This document shows positions 1 to 9,728 of a DNA stretch of 64,000 nucleotides, piece by piece. Source of the DNA: Candidatus Thalassarchaeaceae archaeon. GTDB taxonomy: Archaea > Thermoplasmatota > Poseidoniia > Poseidoniales > Thalassarchaeaceae. The notes under the pieces were generated by a model. It was not told the origin of the DNA and did not search any database. It was given only the letters and a program-made list of their open reading frames with translations. A program made the translations under genes and the position numbers. The stretch covers positions 53,566 through 117,565 of the forward strand of contig JAJPRD010000001.1 of assembly GCA_023700255.1 (NCBI GenBank). The letters are read 5' to 3'. Every line of letters begins with the position of its first letter. The stretch's first letter is position 1.

Positions 1-124
1 CTGCAAATGTTGATACTAACAATAAAAATGTCAGAAGATAAACTGTCTCAGTTCGAGAGCGCATAGCGCTCTCGCATGGTTACTCACACATCAATCTCGC
101 GATTGACGTTTCTCAGATAAAATT

Positions 125-892
125 TCAGAGTAAGTCTGCTAATTCATCTTGAATAAACTGGACTGCCTCAAGGATTTCATCCTTATGCCTTGCGCCAGTT
201 ATAACCATCTTTCCACTACCGAAAATCAAACATACAACTTTTGGATAGTCTAATCTATAGATAAGTCCAGGGAATTGCTCTGGTTCATATTCTACCTTAT
301 CGAAAGGCAAGTGAAAAGTCAAATTATTTAGATTAAGTTTTCGAGGAAGAGCTGCTAAAGGTTCTCCTTCACGTATTCCACGAATTCTTTCATCATTTTC
401 TTTAACTTCTTCATCAGTAGCTGCTCTCATGCCACCATCTTCTAGATCAATAACACGTGTATTGTTGTCATCCATTCTAGCAGTCCCATTGTAATCTTCT
501 GGATAGAATAGGGAATATGTAGCAACCATATTTTGAACTTCTATTTCTACATCTTTCAAATCCCAAGTTTCGATTCCTGCATTTCGTAAGTCAGCAGTCA
601 TTCTTTCGATTCCTGTATGAATATTTTGCTCATTTTTTCCACCAGTGCAAACAGCTCTCCCTGAACGGAACATTAGTATTGCAAGTTTTGGATCTACGAC
701 TCTGTAAACAACCCCAGGGAACTGTTCAGGCTCATACTCACAATTCAATTGAATTGCGATATCCGGAAGATCTAGTTCTTCCGCTACTCGGGTTGATGCA
801 ACTACATTCACTACAGTTAGGCGTTCTTCGTCACTAAGCATATCGCTCGCACTTACATTCCCCTTATAAAGAATAGTTGTCTTGAAATCCAA
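125..892 (-). CDS. tbp: TATA-box binding protein (TBP) with an internal insertion in the second repeat
   Basis: Two TBP repeats are present: NCEYEPEQFPGVVYRV...ILMFRSGRAVCTG and KVEYEPEQFPGLIYRL...CLIFGSGKMVITG. The QNMV repeat-junction motif is present. An extra stretch of about 60 aa lies between the repeats. Confidence 0.85.
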   Translation of the reverse strand: MDFKTTILYKGNVSASDMLSDEERLTVVNVVASTRVAEELDLPDIAIQLNCEYEPEQFPGVVYRVVDPKLAILMFRSGRAVCTGGKNEQNIHTGIERMTADLRNAGIETWDLKDVEIEVQNMVATYSLFYPEDYNGTARMDDNNTRVIDLEDGGMRAATDEEVKENDERIRGIREGEPLAALPRKLNLNNLTFHLPFDKVEYEPEQFPGLIYRLDYPKVVCLIFGSGKMVITGARHKDEILEAVQFIQDELADLL

Positions 893-922
893 GGATAATC
901 TGGTTTCAGGTGTTTTAGTTGC

Positions 923-1921
923 TCATTCTTTCCTTATTTTAGCACCTCGAGATCCAAATCTCGAAATTAGTGGTTTCCCGCCACATAGTTCAATTTCTTG
1001 GGCAACTCTCTCAGGGTTTTCAGTTAATGCAACCATACATCCGCCCCCTCCTGCTCCAGTTAATTTAGAACCAAATGAATACTCTCTAGTTGCAGTGACC
1101 ATATTATCTAATGACTCATTACTAACTCCAAGAATCTTTAATTTTTCATGACAACTGTTCATTGCCATTCCTACTGCTTCTAAATTTCCTAATTCCAATG
1201 CGGTTAATCCTGCTTTAGTAATATTCTCAATAGCTTGCATTTCATCATGTAGTGCTGGATTTTCTTTTAGTCGATTAGCTACACCTGAAACCATATCTCC
1301 AGTAGGTGCTGCTTCTCCTGTAAATCCTAGGACTAACCATGCATCATTGATGTTCTTGTGTAATTCAACACTGTGTATTGACCAGCTTCTTTCCCCCTCT
1401 GGAGTTAATAGTTTAGTGTCATAAACATGATTTAATGACTCTATTTTTTCACCCGAAACAACGATGCAACCTCCTAGCGAACTAGTTGCAGAATCCGTTG
1501 GGCTTGCTCTTCCTGCTTGTGCACTTGCTTCTGCTGAGTGGCCTATTTTTGCTAATTTAATTAGATTTATTTCTTCATTAGGTTTAGTCAACTGGTGAAG
1601 GGCAGCTCCCATTGCATTCGAAAGTGCAGCACTGGAACCGAGTCCAGCCGCTGAAAATAAATTTGATTGAATGTTTATTCTAAGAGGCGATCCATTATAT
1701 TCAAAAATCTCACTAATGATATGTTGAATATGAGGGTTTTTTTCTGCTTTAAATTCTACGTATTTGTTAGTGTGGTAAGAATTCCTAATTTCCCATTGTT
1801 CAGAAAACTCTAGTTTTACTTCTACTCCTGCGTCAATGGCTACGGCTACTGCAGGGTGTCCATAGACTACTGCATGTTCTCCAAATAATATACACTTGCC
1901 GGGGGCGAAGGCAGTTGACAT
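923..1921 (-). CDS. mvk: mevalonate kinase (GHMP kinase family)
   Basis: N-terminal PGKCILFGEHAVVYG motif. GHMP ATP-binding motif GLGSSAA. C-terminal KLTGAGGGG. The length is typical for mevalonate kinase. Confidence 0.85.
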   Translation of the reverse strand: MSTAFAPGKCILFGEHAVVYGHPAVAVAIDAGVEVKLEFSEQWEIRNSYHTNKYVEFKAEKNPHIQHIISEIFEYNGSPLRINIQSNLFSAAGLGSSAALSNAMGAALHQLTKPNEEINLIKLAKIGHSAEASAQAGRASPTDSATSSLGGCIVVSGEKIESLNHVYDTKLLTPEGERSWSIHSVELHKNINDAWLVLGFTGEAAPTGDMVSGVANRLKENPALHDEMQAIENITKAGLTALELGNLEAVGMAMNSCHEKLKILGVSNESLDNMVTATREYSFGSKLTGAGGGGCMVALTENPERVAQEIELCGGKPLISRFGSRGAKIRKE

Positions 1922-2042
1922 GACTATCGGTAATGGGTCTAGGAAATTAGCATTGGGTACATGCTATCAATCGGTTAATTGAAAGTGCTGCTTCTCTTCC
2001 GAGACATAATCCGGTATTGGTTAGGCTAAGGAGTAATAGAAT

Positions 2043-4046
2043 ATGAAGCACCCATTAGAGATACAATATGGACCATTAGATGGATGGATAATCCTTCTTA
2101 TAATGGGAGGATTATCCATATCTTTCTTCTCATATCAAGTTATTAAAGCCACTAGACTGGTAATGCTTGGTGCTCCAGATAATCGTTTTGATTCATGGGG
2201 ATTAAGAATTAAAGAAATGCTTGTAGGATGGTTAGGGCAGAAGAAAGTCCTTAGAGATAAGATAGCAGGAACAATGCATGTATTGATGTTCTGGGGATTC
2301 CTTATGCTTGGGAGTGATATGCTTGACCTCGTTAGTGCGAATTACTTTTCGGAACATTTACTTCCTTCATTTCTTAATAACCCCTGGAATGGTATTGTAG
2401 AATTGGGCTATACTACTGCTTTATTGGGTGCTTTAGCCGCTTTGACCCGGAGAGTACTTTTTACTCCTACGAAACTCAAGGGCAAATCGCAGTTGGAAGG
2501 GAATTTCATCTTAGTGCTAATTTTGACTATAACTTCTACTTCTTTTATTATTGAGTCACCAGAAAATCCTGATAGAATATGGGAGCCATTAGGTTTCTGG
2601 GTTTCAGGACTTGGTTTATCTAGTAATTTCATAATCGCATCTTATTGGGCACATATGGTTTCAATATGCAGTTTCTTAGTGTTGATTCCATTATCTAAAC
2701 ATATGCACCTAGTTATGGCAATACCAAATGTATTCTTTCATGACACTCAAGCACTTGGTAAAATGCGTCCATTAGCAATCGGTGATGATGGTAAAGCAGT
2801 ACCTTTAGAAGATCTCGATATAGATTCATTTGGAGTTAGTACTTTTGATCAATATACTTGGAGACAAATAATTGATGGATGGTCATGTACATCTTGTGCA
2901 CGGTGTCAAGATGTTTGTCCAGCTTATGAGTCAGGAAAAGGATTGAATCCTATGCAAGTAATTCATGATGTTAGAGACTATGCTAATGAATATGCTCCAA
3001 TTCTTTTGAAAGGTGAGAATCCTGAAGAAACTATGCTGGCAAGAATAACCAGTGAGGCAGTTTGGGCTTGCACTACTTGTAATGCATGCGTTGATATTTG
3101 TCCACTTTACATCGAACATGTGCCTAAACTAACTGAACTTAGAAGAAATGCAATGATGGAAACAATGGACTATCCTGAAGAACTAAACGTTGCTATGGGT
3201 AATCTAGAATCTGCATCTAATCCATATGGTTTTGGGGCACACGAGAGAGCAGATTGGGCCTCTGATTTAGATGTTAAAGTAGGCCAACCTGCTGAATATA
3301 TTTATTTTGTAGGCTGTGCCGCTAGTTTTGATGAAAGAAATCAAAAGGTTGCTCGAGCAACTATATCTTTAATGAAAGAAGCCGGATTAGATGTTGGAAT
3401 TCTTGGGATGCAAGAAGGATGTTCTGGTGACCCTGCGAGACGTGCTGGTAACGAATATTTATTCCAAATGCTCGCTGAGACTAATATCACAACATTCCAA
3501 GAACTAGGTGTCAAAAGAATCGTAGCTTCCTGTCCTCACTGCTTCCATACATTAGGTAAGGAATATGGGGATTATGGTGCTGATGAACTAGAGGTATTCC
3601 ATCATACTGAGATCATGGCAAAATTACAAGAAGAAGGTAAACTTCCTGCATTTGATAAAGATGGAACAAGTATCACTTATCATGATCCTTGCTATCTTGG
3701 TCGTATAGGTGATGTGATTGATGAGCCTAGATCTGTCCTTGGAGGGATTGATGTCGAAGTTGAAAGACATGGTAAAGATTCTTTCTGTTGTGGTGCAGGT
3801 GGCGCTCAAATGTGGATGGAGGAAGATTCTGATAAGAGAGTGAATAAGATACGTGCTGAGGAAATTGCGGCAACAGGTTGTGATACAGTTGCAATAGGGT
3901 GTCCATTCTGTTCAGTTATGGTTAAAGATGGTCTTGATTCAGTAGGTTCTGAAATGGACGTAAAAGATGTAGCTGAATTACTTTGGGAACAAATTGTGGC
4001 TAGAGATGAAGAAATTCATGCCTCAGCAAGTGTAACAACTGAGTAG
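2043..4046 (+). CDS. membrane-bound Fe-S oxidoreductase, heterodisulfide reductase D/E-like fusion (NarI-like TM domain + 2x[4Fe-4S] + CCG domains)
   Basis: About five N-terminal TM helices. Two CxxCxxCxxxCP ferredoxin motifs (CTSCARCQDVCP, CTTCNACVDICP). CCG-type Cys-rich domains (CPHCFHTLG, FCCGAGGAQ, CPFCSVM). Confidence 0.7.
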   Translation: MKHPLEIQYGPLDGWIILLIMGGLSISFFSYQVIKATRLVMLGAPDNRFDSWGLRIKEMLVGWLGQKKVLRDKIAGTMHVLMFWGFLMLGSDMLDLVSANYFSEHLLPSFLNNPWNGIVELGYTTALLGALAALTRRVLFTPTKLKGKSQLEGNFILVLILTITSTSFIIESPENPDRIWEPLGFWVSGLGLSSNFIIASYWAHMVSICSFLVLIPLSKHMHLVMAIPNVFFHDTQALGKMRPLAIGDDGKAVPLEDLDIDSFGVSTFDQYTWRQIIDGWSCTSCARCQDVCPAYESGKGLNPMQVIHDVRDYANEYAPILLKGENPEETMLARITSEAVWACTTCNACVDICPLYIEHVPKLTELRRNAMMETMDYPEELNVAMGNLESASNPYGFGAHERADWASDLDVKVGQPAEYIYFVGCAASFDERNQKVARATISLMKEAGLDVGILGMQEGCSGDPARRAGNEYLFQMLAETNITTFQELGVKRIVASCPHCFHTLGKEYGDYGADELEVFHHTEIMAKLQEEGKLPAFDKDGTSITYHDPCYLGRIGDVIDEPRSVLGGIDVEVERHGKDSFCCGAGGAQMWMEEDSDKRVNKIRAEEIAATGCDTVAIGCPFCSVMVKDGLDSVGSEMDVKDVAELLWEQIVARDEEIHASASVTTE

Positions 4047-4083
4047 TAAGTATTTTCTTAAACTCAATCTCTTTCGTAAGGTC

Positions 4084-4479
4084 ATGAGTGATGATTTCAA
4101 ATTTCTAGGCCAATCTATTCCAAACTTTGCTATTATTTGCGGTGGAATTCTTATCTTGTGGGGAATCGCCTCTTATGCAATAAGTGATACAGGTAGTATA
4201 ACTGCATTAATTCCATCATTTTTTGGAACACCTTTGTTGATACTTGGTGTTCTTTCAATTAAAAATAATGCTAACAAACATCATTACATGCATGCATCTA
4301 TGGTTTTCTCAATGGTTTCAGTTTTAGGAGGATTTCGAATCTTCTCTCTCGACGATGCTAGTGATTTGACTTTAGCATCTCATATGATTTTGATTATAAT
4401 TGGTGTAGTTTTTATGGTTGGTGGAATTCTTTCGTTCAGGCATGCAAGGAAATTACGAGAGTCACTTGGTAGTGAATAA
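4084..4479 (+). CDS. small integral membrane protein, hypothetical
   Basis: 131 aa with 3-4 predicted hydrophobic helices. It is tightly spaced after the Hdr-like gene and abuts the next gene. Confidence 0.4.
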   Translation: MSDDFKFLGQSIPNFAIICGGILILWGIASYAISDTGSITALIPSFFGTPLLILGVLSIKNNANKHHYMHASMVFSMVSVLGGFRIFSLDDASDLTLASHMILIIIGVVFMVGGILSFRHARKLRESLGSE

Positions 4480-4481
4480 AA

Positions 4482-5168
4482 ATGAGACCTCTAATTGGGA
4501 TAACAACATCTGTTAATTCTCGCGATTATGAGGTTTCTAATCAATCGGTAGTAATGTTACCTGAAACTTATCCTAAAGCTGTTCAACGAGCAGGAGGGAT
4601 TCCTCTTCTACTATCTGAATGTGATGATAGTGAGGAATTGTTAGATTGCTTAGATGGATTAATAATTTCAGGAGGAAGAGATATTAATCCTAAATTGTAC
4701 AATCAAGATGCTCATCAAAAAACTATTGATTTCAGTGATAGCCAAGATAAATGGGAAGCTTCTTTGATTGAAGGTGCTATAGAAAGGGATATCCCTCTTC
4801 TCTGTATTTGCCGCGGTCATCAACTGCTTTGCGTCATTCGTGGGGGTGAATTATTTCAGGATCTTCCTACTACTGAAGGTTTTGAAAAACATGGAGAGTC
4901 CGGAGGAAAATGGTCTCAACACATTGTTAAAATAGAGCCGGGTTCTTTAATTCATGAGTTATTAGGTGATGAAGTGAATGGAAATTCCGGTCATCATCAA
5001 GGCGTATCTGATGCTGGTGATCTGAAGGTTGTTGGGAGAACTTTAGATGGTTTAATTGAGGCTGTCGAATTAGATACTTGTAGATTCCTTATTTCTACTC
5101 AATGGCATCCGGAGATGCTAGGACAAAATTCTATTTTTGAAGGACTAATTAAAGCGTCCATTGAATAA
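4482..5168 (+). CDS. class I glutamine amidotransferase / peptidase C26 (gamma-glutamyl-GABA hydrolase-like)
   Basis: Nucleophile elbow CICRGHQLL. His/Glu region QWHPE. Size is about 230 aa. Confidence 0.7.
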   Translation: MRPLIGITTSVNSRDYEVSNQSVVMLPETYPKAVQRAGGIPLLLSECDDSEELLDCLDGLIISGGRDINPKLYNQDAHQKTIDFSDSQDKWEASLIEGAIERDIPLLCICRGHQLLCVIRGGELFQDLPTTEGFEKHGESGGKWSQHIVKIEPGSLIHELLGDEVNGNSGHHQGVSDAGDLKVVGRTLDGLIEAVELDTCRFLISTQWHPEMLGQNSIFEGLIKASIE

Positions 5169-5209
5169 TAGTCAAACTAATTATTAATCATTCCTTTCAC
5201 GGCTATATT

Positions 5210-5908
5210 ATGTTAGGTGTAATAAGTCCAGTAATTGGCATCACCTGCCCTGCTCGCCCTACGAAATGGGCTAATTGGGAACTTGATGCAGTAGTGCTAC
5301 CTACAACTTACCATAAAATGGTGATCGAATGTGGTGGTATACCTCTACTTATCCCACCGGGTTGTAGTTCTGATGTAATTGATAGGATCGATGGGTTACT
5401 AATATCTGGTGGCCCTGATATAAATGCAAAACTCTACGGTGAAATCAATGGCCCCTATACTAACGAAATATATCCTGAACAAGATGCCTCTGAGATTGAA
5501 TTAATGAAATCTGCAATAGCTAAAGATATCCCTCTATTGTGTATATGCCGTGGATTCCAATTACTTTGTGTGATAAATGGTGGGAAATTGCATCAACATT
5601 TACCTGAAACAGAAGGCCATCGAAATCATGGTGGGTGGAACGGCGAAGTGACTGAGCATGGTGTTGAAATTCTTGAAGGGACTAAATTATGGGAAATCAT
5701 GGGTCCTCATGCAACTGCTAACTCAACCCATCATCAAGGTGTATCTGACCCTGGAGAACTATCTGTTTCTGCGTATTCTAGTCATGATAATTTGATTGAA
5801 GCAGTAGAAATAAAAAGTCGTAAATTTTGTATTGGAGTTCAGTGGCATCCGGAACGCATAGATCATGTTAGTTTGTATCTCGCCTTCATTAAATCAGCGC
5901 GAGGTTAA
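5210..5908 (+). CDS. class I glutamine amidotransferase / peptidase C26 (tandem paralog)
   Basis: CICRGFQLL, VQWHPE and GGPDIN match the upstream gene along the whole length. The stop overlaps the cysS start (TAATG). Confidence 0.7.
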   Translation: MLGVISPVIGITCPARPTKWANWELDAVVLPTTYHKMVIECGGIPLLIPPGCSSDVIDRIDGLLISGGPDINAKLYGEINGPYTNEIYPEQDASEIELMKSAIAKDIPLLCICRGFQLLCVINGGKLHQHLPETEGHRNHGGWNGEVTEHGVEILEGTKLWEIMGPHATANSTHHQGVSDPGELSVSAYSSHDNLIEAVEIKSRKFCIGVQWHPERIDHVSLYLAFIKSARG

Positions 5909-7371
5909 TGACTGTAAATGTGTACCATGATTTGATAGGTATGGTGCTGCGACTCTACGATACTCGTTCTCGCAGTAAAAGAACCTTGAAAACATTAGTT
6001 CCCGGTGAGGTCGGAATTTACGTATGTGGCATAACTCCTTACTCTCCTAGCCATATAGGTCATGCACGTCAAGCCATTGCCTTCGACATTATTGTAAGAT
6101 GGCTAAGAAAAAGTGGCCTTATCGTTAATCATATTACTAATTTCACCGATATTGACGATAAAATAATACGTATTGCTAACGAGGAAAACATCAATTTCCT
6201 TGATGTTGCAAATAGGAATATTGCAGATTATTTTGAAGTTATGGATTTACTAAATGTAATACCCGCTGATTCTTACCCAAGAGTGACTGAAATAATTCCT
6301 GAAATAATTGATATGATTACTAAGTTAATTGAGTCTGGTAATGCTTATTCATCCCCCGATGGCGTATATTTCGAAATTGATACTGCACCCGAAAAATATG
6401 GTCAATTGACAGGGCAAACATTAGAAATGGTTAGAGAAGGTGCTGGAGGTAGAGTTTCCAAAACAGGTACAGGGAAGAAAAATCATAGAGATTTTGCATT
6501 GTGGAAATTAGCCAAACCTGGCGAACCACATTGGCCAAGTCCTTGGGGTGATGGTCGACCTGGTTGGCATATCGAATGCTCAGTCATGTCTTTACAACAT
6601 CTAGGTGAGCAATTCGATATCCATGGTGGAGGTTCAGATTTAATGTTCCCTCATCATGAAGCCGAGATATTTCAATCAGAATGCTGCCTTAATCATGACC
6701 CAGTAGTTCAATATTGGATCCATAATGGTATGATTAATGTTGATGGTGAGAAAATGAGTAAATCTTTAGGGAATTTTTGGACTATAAGGGACGCAATTTC
6801 TAAGGTAGAGCCATTAGAATTGAGATATTGCCTAATTAATGCACCATATAGGCAACCCGTTGAGTTTAATGACGTCATGCTTGATGACTCATCAAGTCAT
6901 TATCGTAGATTATTATCTGCATATGGTGAAGGTATTTCTAAGTGTAGTAAGGGGGATTGGAGAAGTTCTGAATTTTTACAAGAAGCTGAATCTAATTTTT
7001 CAGAAGGGATGAATGATGATTTCAATACTAGAGTGGCGATAGTTGAGGTTCAATCTGTAGTCAAACATCTAAGAGAAAAATTAGATTCTAACTCTTATGA
7101 CGATGTATCATCTGCAGTGTCTTGGTTATCTGAATTTGCAGGCGATGTCTTAGGTATTTTACCAAGTGATCCGATAGTAAAAGAAAAAATCAAAAAAATA
7201 GAAAGTGAAAGAATGCAGGTTTCTAATTTAGTTACTGATTTACTTAATCAAAGAAAAATAGCTCGTGAAAATAAAGATTGGAATAAAGCAGACCTGATTA
7301 GAAATCAACTAAATGAAATTGGCGTAATAGTAGAAGACTCTCCAAATGGTCCTGTTTGGAAACTAAAATAA
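5908..7371 (+). CDS. cysS: cysteine--tRNA ligase
   Basis: HIGH motif SHIGHAR. KMSKS motif KMSKSLGN. Zinc-binding Cys positions of class I CysRS. The true start could be the internal ATG at 5941 (MVLRLYDTR...). Confidence 0.9.
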   Translation: MTVNVYHDLIGMVLRLYDTRSRSKRTLKTLVPGEVGIYVCGITPYSPSHIGHARQAIAFDIIVRWLRKSGLIVNHITNFTDIDDKIIRIANEENINFLDVANRNIADYFEVMDLLNVIPADSYPRVTEIIPEIIDMITKLIESGNAYSSPDGVYFEIDTAPEKYGQLTGQTLEMVREGAGGRVSKTGTGKKNHRDFALWKLAKPGEPHWPSPWGDGRPGWHIECSVMSLQHLGEQFDIHGGGSDLMFPHHEAEIFQSECCLNHDPVVQYWIHNGMINVDGEKMSKSLGNFWTIRDAISKVEPLELRYCLINAPYRQPVEFNDVMLDDSSSHYRRLLSAYGEGISKCSKGDWRSSEFLQEAESNFSEGMNDDFNTRVAIVEVQSVVKHLREKLDSNSYDDVSSAVSWLSEFAGDVLGILPSDPIVKEKIKKIESERMQVSNLVTDLLNQRKIARENKDWNKADLIRNQLNEIGVIVEDSPNGPVWKLK

Positions 7372-7446
7372 ACTATCCAATCCGATTATTGGAATTCGAG
7401 AATAGATAGCGAAGCACCGATAAGTCTCTTCATTCCCCCCAGTATT

Positions 7447-8886
7447 ATGTCTGACCTATCCGTGGTTCAAACTGTGTTTGTAGTATTGATAGTATCTAGT
7501 ACTGCAATGGCTGGATGTTTGGAAGCAGTCGAATCAGCAACAGAGGGGCCACCAGATTGGGATAAAGACTTAATTTATTTAGAAGATCCATTAACTCATG
7601 AAGATCCTAGAGAATTTACTACTAGAACAATTACAGATAGAGGATCTGTAGAAGGTGAAGCTTTTTGGGCAGTATTCGGTAATGAAGAAGGAGGTAATTG
7701 TTGTGAACATTATCTCGCAGGAACTAAAGAAGGATGGATTGTTAATTTCGGAGGAGAGTATCCTACGTGGTCAGAAGATAGAGGACATACATGGCAAGAG
7801 TACCAGCCAACTATTTTCTCTCAACTCGGCTGTTTGGAACCTAAGCCTACTATCCCAGGCCAAGAAGGGCTCGGTGAAGGGAGTATAGTTCAGGCAACAA
7901 ATGGTGACTTGATTTCTATGGGGTGGTTTCCTTATCCTAGTGCTAGTGGAGCAGATCAATTCTATGCATTTCTCTATGATGCTGAAGATGAGGAATGGAG
8001 TTGGTGTTTCAATCGAACACCTGAACCATTTTATGATCGTTCATGGCAAGTTGAAGTAATAGGTCCAATTAACGGTGGTATTTATGGAAATGGTGACTAT
8101 GCCAGCCTAGTAATATCTAACTTTTGGCATCAAGTACAGAATGTTGGCGGACAAATCTCTACTGATGGTTTAAACTATGACTACTTTCCTTTTCCCGATA
8201 GAGATGGAACTCTAGATAGTATAGAAGTCAATCTAATTTCTGAAGATTTAGGAGTTGAATGGGACTTTACTAAACCTCACAAGGAAATGAGATCATTCCC
8301 TGTCCCATCTGGGGGTCTTTATTTTCCAAACTACTTCATTGATGGTACGGATGCATATTTAGATACATCACTTAATTGGTGGTCCGCTACAAATCAAAAT
8401 GGTTCATCTCTTCCCTCGGAGTATTGTGCATTTGATTCATCCAGCGCACTACATTGTGTAGTTTCCGAATCAAATATAATTACTCATTTTATCTCTTTTG
8501 ATGGTGGTGAAAATTGGCAAAATTTCACCTATGATTTATCAAATGACGTTAGTGCAATTGAAGAATGGGAGTTCCATTCTAGTGGAGTCCACGACCTCTT
8601 TGTTCTGAGTGTTAGGTATCAAAGTTCTTTGGGCCCTGACGTTGATGTCGCATACCATGTTCGTGATTTCTCTGAATCATTATATCCTGATCAAATAACT
8701 TACATTGGTCAAGGTGATTTAGATTCTACATCAGGTGCAGGTGCAGATATTCGATTTGATTTTGCTAGTATGGGTATACTCCCTGATGGTGGTTCTTTCA
8801 TTGCTTATATGGATTCAACAGATCCTGATCCTTTATTCGCTGTAGAAATGCTTCTACCTGATAATTATCAAGATAATATGATGTAA
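7447..8886 (+). CDS. secreted lipoprotein with BNR (sialidase-like) repeats
   Basis: Signal peptide plus lipobox MAGC. BNR-like motifs (SFDGGENWQ, DRGHTWQ). Acidic extracellular protein. Confidence 0.55.
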   Translation: MSDLSVVQTVFVVLIVSSTAMAGCLEAVESATEGPPDWDKDLIYLEDPLTHEDPREFTTRTITDRGSVEGEAFWAVFGNEEGGNCCEHYLAGTKEGWIVNFGGEYPTWSEDRGHTWQEYQPTIFSQLGCLEPKPTIPGQEGLGEGSIVQATNGDLISMGWFPYPSASGADQFYAFLYDAEDEEWSWCFNRTPEPFYDRSWQVEVIGPINGGIYGNGDYASLVISNFWHQVQNVGGQISTDGLNYDYFPFPDRDGTLDSIEVNLISEDLGVEWDFTKPHKEMRSFPVPSGGLYFPNYFIDGTDAYLDTSLNWWSATNQNGSSLPSEYCAFDSSSALHCVVSESNIITHFISFDGGENWQNFTYDLSNDVSAIEEWEFHSSGVHDLFVLSVRYQSSLGPDVDVAYHVRDFSESLYPDQITYIGQGDLDSTSGAGADIRFDFASMGILPDGGSFIAYMDSTDPDPLFAVEMLLPDNYQDNMM

Positions 8887-8900
8887 TAAGAGTTGGAAAT

Positions 8901-9728
8901 ATGGATAATTTAGAATCTAATTCTCAAGGAAAGAATTACAAATCAATTATTCATGAAGTTATTTTTGAAGCTGATACCCGAGCTGGAAAATTATTTGATA
9001 TTCTTCTATTGATTTCTATATCAGCCTCAGTTATTGCAGTTTCACTTGAAAGTGTAGGATCTATTGACAATGTTTATGGTGACCAACTATATTTTATTGA
9101 ATGGCTTTTTACAATACTATTCACAATTGAATATATTCTTAGATTATATTCTGTAATTAAACCTATGAAATATGCTACTTCATTTTTTGGAGTTGTAGAT
9201 TTAATGTCTATTTTACCTACATTTATTGGTTTAATCTATCCTTATGCAGGTTTCCAAAGTTTACTTGTAATCAGGGCATTACGGCTTTTGAGAATTTTCA
9301 GAATATTCAAACTAACCAGATATTTAGGTGAGGCTACGGTATTGAGTCAAGCTCTGATTCAGTCTAAAGATAGAATCATAGTTTTTCTTTCAACAATCAC
9401 AGTTCTAAGTTTTATAAGTGGTGCTGGTATGTATTTGGTAGAAGGCCCTACTAATGGTTTCACCTCAATTCCTCAAAGTGTATATTGGGCTATCACTACA
9501 CTAACAAGTACCGGTTATGGTGACACAGTGCCTCAAACTCCATTTGGCAAAATACTTGCTATATTTATTATGGTAATGGGTTATAGTTTGATTATAGTTC
9601 CAACTGGTATAATTACAAATCAGTTAGTTAACTCTTCAGGAATAACCACTCAAGCATGTCCTTATTGTTCCAAAGAAGGACATGATGTTAATGCTAAACA
9701 TTGCAAATTTTGTGGTTCGAAAATTTAA
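8901..9728 (+). CDS. voltage-gated potassium channel (6TM) with a C-terminal zinc ribbon
   Basis: S4 voltage sensor RALRLLRIFRIFKLTRY. K+ selectivity filter TTLTSTGYGDTVP. C-terminal CPYC...CKFCG. Confidence 0.75.
   Translation: MDNLESNSQGKNYKSIIHEVIFEADTRAGKLFDILLLISISASVIAVSLESVGSIDNVYGDQLYFIEWLFTILFTIEYILRLYSVIKPMKYATSFFGVVDLMSILPTFIGLIYPYAGFQSLLVIRALRLLRIFRIFKLTRYLGEATVLSQALIQSKDRIIVFLSTITVLSFISGAGMYLVEGPTNGFTSIPQSVYWAITTLTSTGYGDTVPQTPFGKILAIFIMVMGYSLIIVPTGIITNQLVNSSGITTQACPYCSKEGHDVNAKHCKFCGSKI

Noticed and set aside
43-63. Perfect 8-bp inverted repeat GAGAGCGC-ATA-GCGCTCTC near the window start.
   Set aside because: It lies within or at the end of a truncated upstream ORF at the window edge and has no adjacent T-run on either strand. 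It could be a regulatory or termination hairpin, but there is too little context.
882-1151. Short ORFs from the six-frame track that lie antisense or out of frame within strongly supported genes. These include 882-1151, 2408-2632, 2931-3119, 7655-7959, 11065-12730, 13210-13419, 15284-16062, 21063-21389, 22974-23318, 33842-34674, 36771-37319, 42301-42720, 42971-43645, 47103-47956 and others.
   Set aside because: Each overlaps a long ORF with clear family motifs on the other strand or frame. None has recognisable motifs. Typical of spurious ORFs.
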